Of a DNA stretch of 64,000 nt, positions 20,558-28,993 are shown piece after piece. This DNA comes from Polyangiales bacterium (lineage in GTDB: Bacteria; Myxococcota_A; Polyangia; Polyangiales; Ga0077539), in NCBI GenBank assembly GCA_044229975.1, contig JBGARZ010000021.1, positions 99,818 through 163,817 on the forward strand, given 5' to 3'. The first letter of the stretch is position 1; each line of letters opens with the position of its first letter. The notes beneath the pieces were generated by a model. The model worked only from the letters and a program-made list of their open reading frames with translations, had not been told where the DNA came from and made no database searches. Position numbers and translations under genes: made by a program.

Positions 20558-21946
20558 TCAGTGACCTCCCGCGGCCGGGCCGCTCGCGCTCATCCCGCCC
20601 GTCGTCGGCATTTCAGTCATCGTCACCGAGCGACCTGCGAGCAGGGCGTCGACGGCGGCGGAGGCCGTCCAGTATTGGCGGCGGGTCTCGGCGCGGGAGA
20701 GCGTCGCGTCGAGCAGCTCGCGCCGCGCCTGCAACAACTGAAACACGCTCACCTGCATCGCGTTGTACTGGAGCAGCGTCTCGCGCATCACCCGCTCGCG
20801 CGCCGGGACAATGACCCCGTCGTATTGCCGTGCCCGCGCGTGCGTGGAGCGCAGTCGATTGCGCGCGTCGCGCAGGGCCGATCGCAGGTCGACCGCGCTC
20901 GCGTGGTAGCGCTCCAGCGCGGCGTCGAACTGCGCGCCGAACGCAGCCGTCGCGCCGCGTCGCTGATCGAAGACGGGCAGCGTCACGCGCGCCCCGCCGC
21001 CGAACTCGTAGCTGTTGCCGTCCTGCTCGGCGTGCGCGTCGACGGTGATGTCGGGCAGCCACCCTTCGGCCTGGCTCAAGCCCACACGTCGCGCGAGGGC
21101 TTCGAGGTTGGAGCGCTGCGCCGCGAGGTCGAGGCTCGCCGTGAGGGCGCGGGTCTCGGTGACGCCGTCGAGCGAGAGCGCCTCCGGGGCCGCGGGCAGC
21201 TCGCTCGCGAGCGTCCACTCGGTGGCGTCGCCATGCAGGCCCAGCAGGCGGTGCAGGTGCTCGCGGCGGTCGAGGCGCTCCAGCTCCATCTCGGCGACGG
21301 TGATGCGCGCGGTCTCGTAGGCCGCCTCCTGCACCGAGAGGTCGAGCGTCGAGACGTTGCCCGCGCGATGGAGCGCCCGCGCGGTGTCGCGCGCCGCGGC
21401 GAAGGCGTCGAGGGAGCGCTGCGCCACGCCGAGGCGCTCTTCGGACGAGGCCGCCGCGTACCAGGCGGCGCGCACGGTGTAGCCGAGGTCGAGGACCGTT
21501 CCGGCGACGCGCGACTGGGCGGCCTCCAGCTCGGCGCGCGCGACGCCCACGCGCTGCGACGTGAGGACGGCGCGCGACAGGCCGAACTCGATGCGGAGGT
21601 CTCCCTGGAGCGGCTGCGCGCGATCGGTCTGGTAGCGGACGTCGAACTCCACCGCGGGGTTGGGCAGCGTCCCCGCCTGGGCGAGCCAGCCGCGGGAGAT
21701 GCCGAGCTCCCGCAGCGACGCGCGCAGGTGACGGTTGTTGCGAAACGCGAGCGCCACCGCGGACTCGGCCGTGAGCGGCGCCGTGGGGGCTGCCTGCGCG
21801 GCGGGGTCGCCGTCGTCGACGGGCTCGTTCGCGAGGCGGCGGGGGAGGGACGCGCGGGTGAGCGATGCGACGCGGCGGAGGTCGGCGGAGTACGAGGTGG
21901 TCGCGCATCCGCCGAGGAAGAGGGCGAGGAGCAGCTCAGTGCGCAT
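20558..21946 (-). CDS. TolC-family outer-membrane lipoprotein, copper-resistance associated
   Basis: Lipobox LGGC, AGTLPNP, LPVFDQ..G, LQYNAMQVSVFQLL; long amphipathic helices; coupled to the oxidase gene. Confidence 0.88.
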   Translation of the reverse strand: MRTELLLALFLGGCATTSYSADLRRVASLTRASLPRRLANEPVDDGDPAAQAAPTAPLTAESAVALAFRNNRHLRASLRELGISRGWLAQAGTLPNPAVEFDVRYQTDRAQPLQGDLRIEFGLSRAVLTSQRVGVARAELEAAQSRVAGTVLDLGYTVRAAWYAAASSEERLGVAQRSLDAFAAARDTARALHRAGNVSTLDLSVQEAAYETARITVAEMELERLDRREHLHRLLGLHGDATEWTLASELPAAPEALSLDGVTETRALTASLDLAAQRSNLEALARRVGLSQAEGWLPDITVDAHAEQDGNSYEFGGGARVTLPVFDQRRGATAAFGAQFDAALERYHASAVDLRSALRDARNRLRSTHARARQYDGVIVPARERVMRETLLQYNAMQVSVFQLLQARRELLDATLSRAETRRQYWTASAAVDALLAGRSVTMTEMPTTGGMSASGPAAGGH

Positions 21947-22184
21947 GGACGTGTCCCGGTGGTGGCGCAGCGGCGCCCGCGTCGACGGCGAGGCCGGTCC
22001 ACGGGCCGACGGGTTCGCCCGGCAGCGGCGGGTCGCTGGTGAGCGCGACGGTGGGGTCGGCGACGGGGGCTTCGGGCGCAGAGGTCGCCACCGCGGCGCG
22101 CGCAGGATGGCGGCTGGGAACGCTCCGGCCCGCGCAGCCGAGCGCGACGACGAAGAGGAAGAAGAGGCGCGGTGGGTCGCTCAT
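21936..22184 (-). CDS. Small lipoprotein with His-rich C-terminus
   Basis: VVALGC lipobox, Pro/Ala linker, ends PPPGHVHAH; overlaps the tolC start; first gene of the leftward unit. Confidence 0.65.
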   Translation of the reverse strand: MSDPPRLFFLFVVALGCAGRSVPSRHPARAAVATSAPEAPVADPTVALTSDPPLPGEPVGPWTGLAVDAGAAAPPPGHVHAH

Positions 22185-22203
22185 GGGTGGTGGTATCAGT
22201 GCC

Positions 22204-22229
22204 GACGCAGCGGGCGCCCCGTCATTACA
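22204..22229 (-). promoter_or_regulatory. ECF-sigma-type promoter for the leftward copper operon
   Basis: Minus strand TGTAAT (22229-22224), 16 nt spacer, CGTC (22207-22204), about 20 nt upstream of the ATG at 22184. Confidence 0.7.
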
Positions 22230-22243
22230 CCGACGGCGACGGC

Positions 22244-22271
22244 TGTAATCTCCCGCGAGGGTTTGCGTCTA
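22244..22271 (+). promoter_or_regulatory. ECF-sigma-type promoter for the rightward copper operon
   Basis: TGTAAT (22244-22249), 16 nt spacer, CGTCTA (22266-22271), upstream of the cupredoxin ATG at 22320. Confidence 0.7.
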
Positions 22272-22319
22272 CGGGGTCGAGCGCGGAAGGTTACGCGGCC
22301 GGAAGGTGTCGGTGATCGC

Positions 22320-22748
22320 ATGACGAAGCAGCGTGGACGATGGTTGGTGATGGTCGCGGCCCTGCTGGGTGCCGGCGTGATGGCTCCCGCGCTGGCGGGG
22401 GCGCAGACGCCCGAGGCGGCCGCGGTGCGTGAGGTCGAGGTGGTGGTCGATGGGGGCTACCAGCCGTCGCGCATCGAGGTGCGGCCCGGCGAGCGGGTGC
22501 GGCTGCGCTTCGTGCGCCGCGACTACGGCGGGTGCACGCGCGAGGTGGTATTTCCGTCGCTCAACCTGCGCCGCGAGCTGCCTACCGATCAGCCGGTGGT
22601 CATCGACCTGCCCGCGCTCCCGCTGGGCGAGACCACCTTCCAGTGCGGCATGAACATGCTCCGCGGGTCCATCGTCGTGGCCGCCCCGCCGCCGCCTCCC
22701 GCGCCACCTCCGCCGGCCGTCGCTCCCGCGCGCCGACGCCCGCGCTGA
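22320..22748 (+). CDS. Cupredoxin-domain protein (CupA-like)
   Basis: Signal peptide; VDGGYQPSRIEV, RRDYGGCTREVVFP, FQCGMNMLRG. 3' part of ORF 21735..22748. Confidence 0.9.
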   Translation: MTKQRGRWLVMVAALLGAGVMAPALAGAQTPEAAAVREVEVVVDGGYQPSRIEVRPGERVRLRFVRRDYGGCTREVVFPSLNLRRELPTDQPVVIDLPALPLGETTFQCGMNMLRGSIVVAAPPPPPAPPPPAVAPARRRPR

Positions 22749-22802
22749 GCTCATCTCGATGCGCGGGTGTCATCACCCGGTCCGATCCGCGTCGGCATTC
22801 GT

Positions 22803-25058
22803 ATGAACCCCGCTCCTCCCATCACTCCTGCCTCCGACGCCCGGGTTCAGCTCGCGGTGCTCGGCATGACCTGCGCGGCCTGCGTGGGTCGCGTCGAGCG
22901 GGTGCTCTCCCGCTCTCCGGGCGTTCTGGATGCGCGCGTCAACCTCGCCACCGAGCAGGCCACCGTCGACTACGACGCCCACGTCACCGACCCCGATGCG
23001 CTCGCGGCGGCCATTCGTGACGCTGGGTATGAGGTTCCGCCGCGCGACCCGGAGGCGCCCGCAGGCGGTGATGCGCGCGCCCGGCTGGAGGCCATCGACG
23101 CGGCCAATGACCTCGACGCGACGCACGATCGGCGCGACCTCGCGGTGGCCGCGGCGCTGACCGTCCCGTTGCTCGTCGTGGCGATGTCCCACGGGGCCAT
23201 CCCAGGGACCGCGGGTTCGCTCGGGCGCTGGCTCCAGCTCGCGCTCTCGACGCCGGTGGTGTTCGGTCCGGGGCGGCGCTTCTTCCGGCTCGCCTGGGCG
23301 GCGCTCCGTCACCGCAGCGCCGACATGAACGTCCTCGTCGCCCTCGGCGCCGTCACCGCGTGGGCGTGGTCGGCGGCCGTCACCGTCGCATCGCCCGCGT
23401 CGATGCACGGACACGCGCCGGTGTACTTCGAGGCGTCGGCGGCGATCGTGACGTTCATGCTGCTCGGGCGGTTGCTGGAGCGGCGCGCGCGTCGTCACCT
23501 CGGCGACGCGGTGCGGGCGCTGGTGGCGATGCTCCCGCCCACGGCGACGCGGTTGCGTGGTGGTGCGGAGATCGAGGTGCCCATCGCCTCGTTGCTGCCG
23601 GGCGATCGGGTGCGCGTGCGTCCGGGGCAGCGCGTGGCGACCGACGGTGTCGTGTGCGAGGGGCACGCTACGGTCGACGAGTCCACGCTGACGGGCGAGA
23701 GCCTGCCGGTGGAGCGCGCCGTGGGCGACCCGGTGCAGGGCGGCACCCTCGTCGCCGACGGAACGCTCGTCATCGAGGTCACCCGTCGCGGCGCCGAGTC
23801 GGCCGTGGCGCGCATCGTCGACGCGATGGCCGAGGCCCAGGGGTCGCGGGCGCCCATCGCGCGGCTGGCCGACCGGGTGAGCGCGGTGTTCGTCCCGACG
23901 GTGGTGTTCATCGCGCTGGCGACCTTCGCGGCGTGGATGCTCCTCGGCGCGGGGCTCGCGGTGTCGGTGGAGCGCTTCGTCGCGGTGCTGGTCATTGCGT
24001 GCCCGTGCGCGCTAGGCCTCGCGACGCCCGCGGCCATCGCGGTAGGGACCAGCCGCGGCGCGGCGCTGGGCTTTCTCGTGAAGGGGGCCGAGGCGCTGGA
24101 GCGCGGGGCGAGCATCGATCGGGTGCTCTTCGACAAGACCGGGACGCTCACCGAAGGGCGCCTGCGCGTGGCGTCGGTGGTGAGAGCGGACGGGCGTTCG
24201 GAGGCGGAGCTCCTCGCGCTCGCGGCCGCGGTGGAGGCGGGCAGCGAGCACCCGCTGGCGCGCGCCATCGTCGCGGAGGGAGCGGCGACGAAGGCCGCGA
24301 GCGGGTTTGCGTCGACGCCGGGCGGCGGTGTCTGCGCGGTGGTGGATGGGCGGGTGGTGCGCGTGGGGACGGCGCGGTGGCTGCGGGCAGAGGGCGTCGA
24401 CCCGACGGCGCTGGAGCGCGCGGCGCAGGCGGCGGCCGGGCGAGGGGAGACGGCGGTGTTCGTCGCGGAGGCGGAGGCGTTGGCGGGGCTCGTGACGCTG
24501 GCAGACACAGCGCGGGCCGAGTCGGCGGCGACGGTGAGGGCGCTCGCGACGATGGGGGTGGGCGTCGCGATGGTGACGGGCGACCGCGAGGCGACGGCGC
24601 GCGCGGTGGCGGCGACGGTGGGCGTGACGGAGGTCTTCGCGGAGGCGCGGCCCGACGAGAAGGCCGAGCGGGTAGCGACCGAGAGGGCAACGGGGCGACG
24701 GGTGGCGATGGTGGGCGACGGGGTCAACGACGCGCCCGCGCTGGCGAGCGCCGACCTGGGCATCGCCATGGGCGGCGGGACGGACGTGGCGGCGTCGAGC
24801 GCGGACGTGACGATCTTGCGCGGCGGGGTCGGCGCGGTACCGCTGGTGCTCGGCCTCGCGCGGGCCACGCGACGCACCATCCGACAGAACCTCTTCTGGG
24901 CCTTCGCCTACAACCTCGTGGGCATTCCGCTCGCGGCGGGCGCGCTGGAGCCACTCACCGGATGGACGCTCTCGCCGGTGTTCGCGAGCGCGGCGATGTC
25001 GCTGTCGAGCGTGTCGGTGCTGCTCAACTCGCTGCGGCTGCGCGGGTGGCGGCCGTGA
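22803..25058 (+). CDS. copA: Cu(I)-translocating P1B-type ATPase
   Basis: GMTCAAC metal-binding domain, TGES, IACPCALGLATP, DKTGT, EHPLA, GDGVNDAP, FAYN and AMSLSS ligands typical of P1B-1. Confidence 0.95.
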   Translation: MNPAPPITPASDARVQLAVLGMTCAACVGRVERVLSRSPGVLDARVNLATEQATVDYDAHVTDPDALAAAIRDAGYEVPPRDPEAPAGGDARARLEAIDAANDLDATHDRRDLAVAAALTVPLLVVAMSHGAIPGTAGSLGRWLQLALSTPVVFGPGRRFFRLAWAALRHRSADMNVLVALGAVTAWAWSAAVTVASPASMHGHAPVYFEASAAIVTFMLLGRLLERRARRHLGDAVRALVAMLPPTATRLRGGAEIEVPIASLLPGDRVRVRPGQRVATDGVVCEGHATVDESTLTGESLPVERAVGDPVQGGTLVADGTLVIEVTRRGAESAVARIVDAMAEAQGSRAPIARLADRVSAVFVPTVVFIALATFAAWMLLGAGLAVSVERFVAVLVIACPCALGLATPAAIAVGTSRGAALGFLVKGAEALERGASIDRVLFDKTGTLTEGRLRVASVVRADGRSEAELLALAAAVEAGSEHPLARAIVAEGAATKAASGFASTPGGGVCAVVDGRVVRVGTARWLRAEGVDPTALERAAQAAAGRGETAVFVAEAEALAGLVTLADTARAESAATVRALATMGVGVAMVTGDREATARAVAATVGVTEVFAEARPDEKAERVATERATGRRVAMVGDGVNDAPALASADLGIAMGGGTDVAASSADVTILRGGVGAVPLVLGLARATRRTIRQNLFWAFAYNLVGIPLAAGALEPLTGWTLSPVFASAAMSLSSVSVLLNSLRLRGWRP

Positions 25059-25093
25059 GCGCGCGACGGGCTCTGGCGGTACAACCGTCGACG

Positions 25094-25633
25094 ATGGAAG
25101 ACCCGGTGATGACCTCCCTCCTCGCGGCGCGCGAGACCTTCGCGGGCTTCCTCCAGCGGCGACTCGGTGACGCGGCGGCGGCCGAGGACATTCTCCAGGA
25201 CGCCTATGCGCGCGGGGTGCTGCACCGCGATGAGCTGCGCGCCGGGGAGTCGTCGCGTGCGTGGTTCTATCGAATCCTGCGCAACGCCGTCATCGACCAC
25301 CGTCGGCGCAACGCCAGCATGGGGCGGGCGCTCGACGCGCTCGCGGCGGAGCTCGACGAACCCGCGGAGACGCACCCGGCGCTCAAGGCCGTGGCGTGTC
25401 CATGCGTGGTGCGCCTCGCCGACGAGATGAAGCCCGAGTACGCCGACGCGCTCCGCCGGGTGACCGTCGAGGGCGTCAGCGTGAAGGACTTCGCCGCCGC
25501 CGAGGGGATCACCCCCAACAACGCCGCGGTGCGGGTCTTCCGCGCTCGCGAGGCGCTCCGGGAGCGGGTGCGCGCGTGCTGCGGCTCGTGCGCCGACGCC
25601 GGGTGTGACGACTGCACCTGCGCGCGATCGTGA
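25094..25633 (+). CDS. CorE-like ECF sigma factor with Cys-rich C-terminal domain
   Basis: 3' end of ORF 23360..25633: AEDILQD, AWFYRILRNAVID (region 2), CPC linker, VRVFRAREALR (region 4), tail CCGSCADAGCDDCTC. Alternative in-frame GTG at 25055 overlaps the copA stop. Confidence 0.9.
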   Translation: MEDPVMTSLLAARETFAGFLQRRLGDAAAAEDILQDAYARGVLHRDELRAGESSRAWFYRILRNAVIDHRRRNASMGRALDALAAELDEPAETHPALKAVACPCVVRLADEMKPEYADALRRVTVEGVSVKDFAAAEGITPNNAAVRVFRAREALRERVRACCGSCADAGCDDCTCARS

Positions 25634-25657
25634 TCCGCTGATAACGTCCGCGGCCCT

Positions 25658-26551
25658 ATGATGGTCAACAACCGCGGCTCGCTCTTCGGGCTGCTCGCGT
25701 GGCAGTGGCGCAACTCCCTCGTCTTCATCGCGGCCGGCGCCGTCGCCCCGGTGATCCACGCTCACGTGGGCTGGACCCACCTCACGCTCCCCTCGACGCC
25801 CATCGCCGTTGTCGGCGGCGCCATCGGCATCTTCACCAGCTTCCGCACCAACCACTGCTACGCGCGCTGGTGGGAGGGCAGGCAGCTCTGGGGGCGGCTC
25901 ATCAACAACGCCCGCGACCTCGCCTCGCTCGCCGTCGCCACGCTCCCACCCGACACGGCCCGCGCGCTCGTCCGTCGGCAGATCGCCTTCGCCCACCTCC
26001 TGCGCTGCTCGCTCCGCGACGAGGACCCCTTCGTCGACGCGGATGTCATCGCCTTCACCGAAGAGGGCGAGCGCAGCGCCCTCGCGCGCGAGCGCAACCC
26101 CGCCTACGCCATACTGCACACGCAGCGCGTGACGGTGACCCGCGCCGCCGACGAGGACGCGCTCCCCGAGCTGCGCCTCCAGGCCTTCGATCGCATCCTG
26201 GGCAACCTCCACGACGTGCAGGGCGGCTGCGAGCGCATCAAGAAGACGCCCTTTCCCAAGGGCTACGGCTTCATCGCCGAGCGGCTCATCCTGGCCTTCG
26301 GGTGCCTCTTGCCCTTCGCGCTCGTGCGCGACCTCGGGTGGTTCACCATCCCGATGAACCTCCTCGTGTGTCTCTCGTTTGCGCTCATCAGCGAGGCGGG
26401 GCGGGTGCTCGAAGATCCGTTCACGATGTTCTTCAACGGGCTGCCGCTGTCGGCGATGTCGAAGACCATCGAGGTCAACCTGCGTCAGCGGCTCGGCGAG
26501 ACCGACGTCCCCGCGATTCCGAAGCCCGACGCTCGCGGCATCCTCATGTAG
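25658..26551 (+). CDS. Bestrophin-family anion channel (YneE-like)
   Basis: SFRTNHCYARWWEGRQLWGRLINNAR, GGCERIKKTPFP, LEDPF...NGLPL. Confidence 0.92.
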   Translation: MMVNNRGSLFGLLAWQWRNSLVFIAAGAVAPVIHAHVGWTHLTLPSTPIAVVGGAIGIFTSFRTNHCYARWWEGRQLWGRLINNARDLASLAVATLPPDTARALVRRQIAFAHLLRCSLRDEDPFVDADVIAFTEEGERSALARERNPAYAILHTQRVTVTRAADEDALPELRLQAFDRILGNLHDVQGGCERIKKTPFPKGYGFIAERLILAFGCLLPFALVRDLGWFTIPMNLLVCLSFALISEAGRVLEDPFTMFFNGLPLSAMSKTIEVNLRQRLGETDVPAIPKPDARGILM

Positions 26552-26575
26552 ACGAGGTGAACGCTCGTGGTCGGT

Positions 26576-26935
26576 GGGGCCCACGCCGCGGCGTCCGGGC
26601 GGCGCGCACCGGTCAGGCCCGCAGTGGGTAGGGCCCACGCCGCGGCGTCAGCGCGGCGCGCAGCGGTCAGGCCCGCAGTCACCGGGGCTACGCCGCAGCG
26701 TCAGCGCGGCGCGCACCGGTCAGGCCCGCAGTCACAGTCCGGACCAACATCGATCAACGGACGGCAGGCGACTGGGGCCTGACCGGTGCGCGCCGCGCTG
26801 ACGCCGCGGCGTGGGCTCTACCCACTGCGGGCCTGACCGTTGCGCGCCGCGCTGACGCCGCGGCGTGGGCGCCGGGGACTGCGGGCCTGACCGCTGCGCG
26901 CCGGGCTGACGCTGCGGCGTGGGGCGCCGGTGACT
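26576..26935. repeat. Composite REP/BIME-like palindrome, family A, copy 1
   Basis: Three direct copies (period about 54 bp) of CCACGCCGCRGCGTCAGCGCGGCGCGCACCGGTCAGGCCCGCAGT, a short unique spacer, then three inverted copies. Confidence 0.92.
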
Positions 26936-27005
26936 GTGTACCCAAAACGTCGCGCCGCGATGTCCCGCCGCGATCGTCCGCGGGGTGTTCTACCCTCGCG
27001 ACGCC

Positions 27006-27668
27006 GTGCGGGTGCTCCTCGTCGATGACAACGCCGAACTCCGTGAGCTGGTAACCCGCGCGCTCGTCCGCGATGGCCACACCGTGACGGCGGTCGCCAC
27101 GGTGGCCGCAGCGCGCCTCTCGCTGGCCGACGGCGCGCCCGAGGTCATCGTGCTCGACCTCGGCCTCCCCGACGGATCAGGCATGGACCTCTGCCGCGCC
27201 CTCCGCGCCGAGGGCGACCGAACGCCCATCCTCATGCTCACCGCCCAGGGGGCCGTCGCGCGTCGGGTGGAGGGCCTGGAGTCCGGCGCCGATGACTTCC
27301 TCGCCAAGCCCTTCGCGGTGGCGGAGCTGCGGGCGCGGGTGCGCGTGCTCGGTCGACGCGGCCCCTCGGCGTCGCCCACGGTGTGGCGACAGGGGGGCGT
27401 GGCGCTCGACTTCGCGGCGCGGCGGGCGGTGGTCGACGGGGCGGAGGTTCCGTTGACGGCGCGCGAGTGGGCGCTGGTGGAGTACCTCGCGGCGCGCGGG
27501 GGGAGGGTGGTGCGGCGCGGGGAGATTCTCGACGCGGTGTGGGGTGACGACTCGCCGCAAGCGAGCGCGAGCCTCGATGTGTTGACGGCGCGGGTGCGAC
27601 GGAAGCTCGGCGCCGCGACGCTGCGGACGGCGCGCGGCGAGGGCTACGCGCTCGGCGGTGGCGAGTGA
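27006..27668 (+). CDS. OmpR/PhoB-family response regulator
   Basis: VLLVDD, VLDLGLPDGSG, PILMLTA, GADDFLAKPF, winged helix ending RTARGEGY. Confidence 0.95.
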   Translation: MRVLLVDDNAELRELVTRALVRDGHTVTAVATVAAARLSLADGAPEVIVLDLGLPDGSGMDLCRALRAEGDRTPILMLTAQGAVARRVEGLESGADDFLAKPFAVAELRARVRVLGRRGPSASPTVWRQGGVALDFAARRAVVDGAEVPLTAREWALVEYLAARGGRVVRRGEILDAVWGDDSPQASASLDVLTARVRRKLGAATLRTARGEGYALGGGE

Positions 27669-28993
27669 GCGCACGCACCATCGCGCGTCGGGTGGCGCGG
27701 GCGATGGCGGCGGCTGCTGCGTTGGCGGGCGTGCTGTCGGCGGTGCTGGCCACGGGCATCGCGTGGACGTCCATGGTCGAACGCGAAGACCAGCGGCTGC
27801 GCGGTGCGGCGCAGACGTTGGCGGTGGAGGTTCCGTCGACGATGGACGACGCGGCGGCGCGCGCCCACGCCGACGACGAGCAGCGCGAGGTGACGCCCGT
27901 CGGGATGCGCATCGCGCTCTACCGCGGCGGTCGCTTCATCGGCGGCGACGCGATGCTGCGGCCCTCCGACGCGGGCGGCTGCCGCACGATGCCCGATGGG
28001 TGGCGGCGCTGTCGGGTGGAGGTTCCGGGGGCGATGGTCGAGGTGACGGGTGACCTCGCGCCGGCGCGGGCCGAGCGCTCGTTGCTGCTGGGCGCCTCGC
28101 TGCTGGCGGCGCTGCTCGCGGGCCTCGCGGGCCTCGCGTTGAGCGGGGTGGTGTCGGCGCGCATCGTGCGGCCCTTGCAGCGGCTGCGCGAAGAGGTCGC
28201 CGCGGTGGACGCCGACGCGCCGGGGAAGTCACTGCGGGGCGCGGGCGACGGCTACGCGGAGACCGACGCGCTGCGGGCCGCGTTGGCGGAGACGCTCGCG
28301 CGGCTCGACGCGGCGCTGTCGCAGTCGCGGAGGTTTGCGGCCAACGCGGCGCACGAGCTGCGCACGCCACTGGGGACGATGCGGGCCGAGCTGGAGCTCG
28401 CCGCGGAGGTCGACGAGACGCCCGCCGAGGTGGCCGAGGCCCACGCGCGGCTCTTGCGAACCGTCGCGGGGCTCACCGCGCTGGTCGAGCGGCTGCTCAT
28501 CCTGGCGGCGCCCGACGACACGCTGCGCGGCGCGCGGGAGGCGGTCTCGCTCGCGGACGTGGTCGACGAGGCGCTCGCGGGCGTGGACGCGTCGGGTCGG
28601 GTGAGCGTCGCGGTGGACGAGGCGCTGCACGTGCGGGGTGACGCGCTGCTGCTGCGGGTGATGACCGAAAACGCCGTGGGCAACGCGCTGAAGTTCGCGC
28701 CCGAGGGCGAGGTGCAGTTGAGCGTCGAGGCCGACGGGGAGACGGTGGTGCTGTCGGTGAGCGACGAGGGCCCGGGCGTCGCGCCGGGCGATCGGGAGCG
28801 GGTGTTCGATGCGTTCTATCGGTCGGCGGGCGCGCGGGCGGACGGGGTGCAGGGGCACGGCGTGGGGCTCGCGCTGGTGGCGCGCATCGCGCGGGCGCAT
28901 GGGGGCGACGCTGCCTTTGTGGATGCTTCGCGGGGCGCGCGGCTGGTGGTGCGGTTGCCGCGGTGGTCGGCGCGAGCTCAGCCCTCGACCTGA
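27665..28993 (+). CDS. HAMP-domain sensor histidine kinase
   Basis: Two TM segments, AAHELRTPL H-box, NAVGNALKF, DEGPG, FDAFYR, GHGVGL. Confidence 0.94.
   Translation: MSARTIARRVARAMAAAAALAGVLSAVLATGIAWTSMVEREDQRLRGAAQTLAVEVPSTMDDAAARAHADDEQREVTPVGMRIALYRGGRFIGGDAMLRPSDAGGCRTMPDGWRRCRVEVPGAMVEVTGDLAPARAERSLLLGASLLAALLAGLAGLALSGVVSARIVRPLQRLREEVAAVDADAPGKSLRGAGDGYAETDALRAALAETLARLDAALSQSRRFAANAAHELRTPLGTMRAELELAAEVDETPAEVAEAHARLLRTVAGLTALVERLLILAAPDDTLRGAREAVSLADVVDEALAGVDASGRVSVAVDEALHVRGDALLLRVMTENAVGNALKFAPEGEVQLSVEADGETVVLSVSDEGPGVAPGDRERVFDAFYRSAGARADGVQGHGVGLALVARIARAHGGDAAFVDASRGARLVVRLPRWSARAQPST

Noticed and set aside
23360..25093. Apparent 757-aa protein ending in a sigma domain
   Set aside because: The N-terminal part is an alternative frame of copA; only the last 180-193 codons look like a gene.
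26576..26935. Possible CRISPR array or small ORFs within the repeats
   Set aside because: No unique spacers, units flip orientation, and the translations are just repeat read-through.
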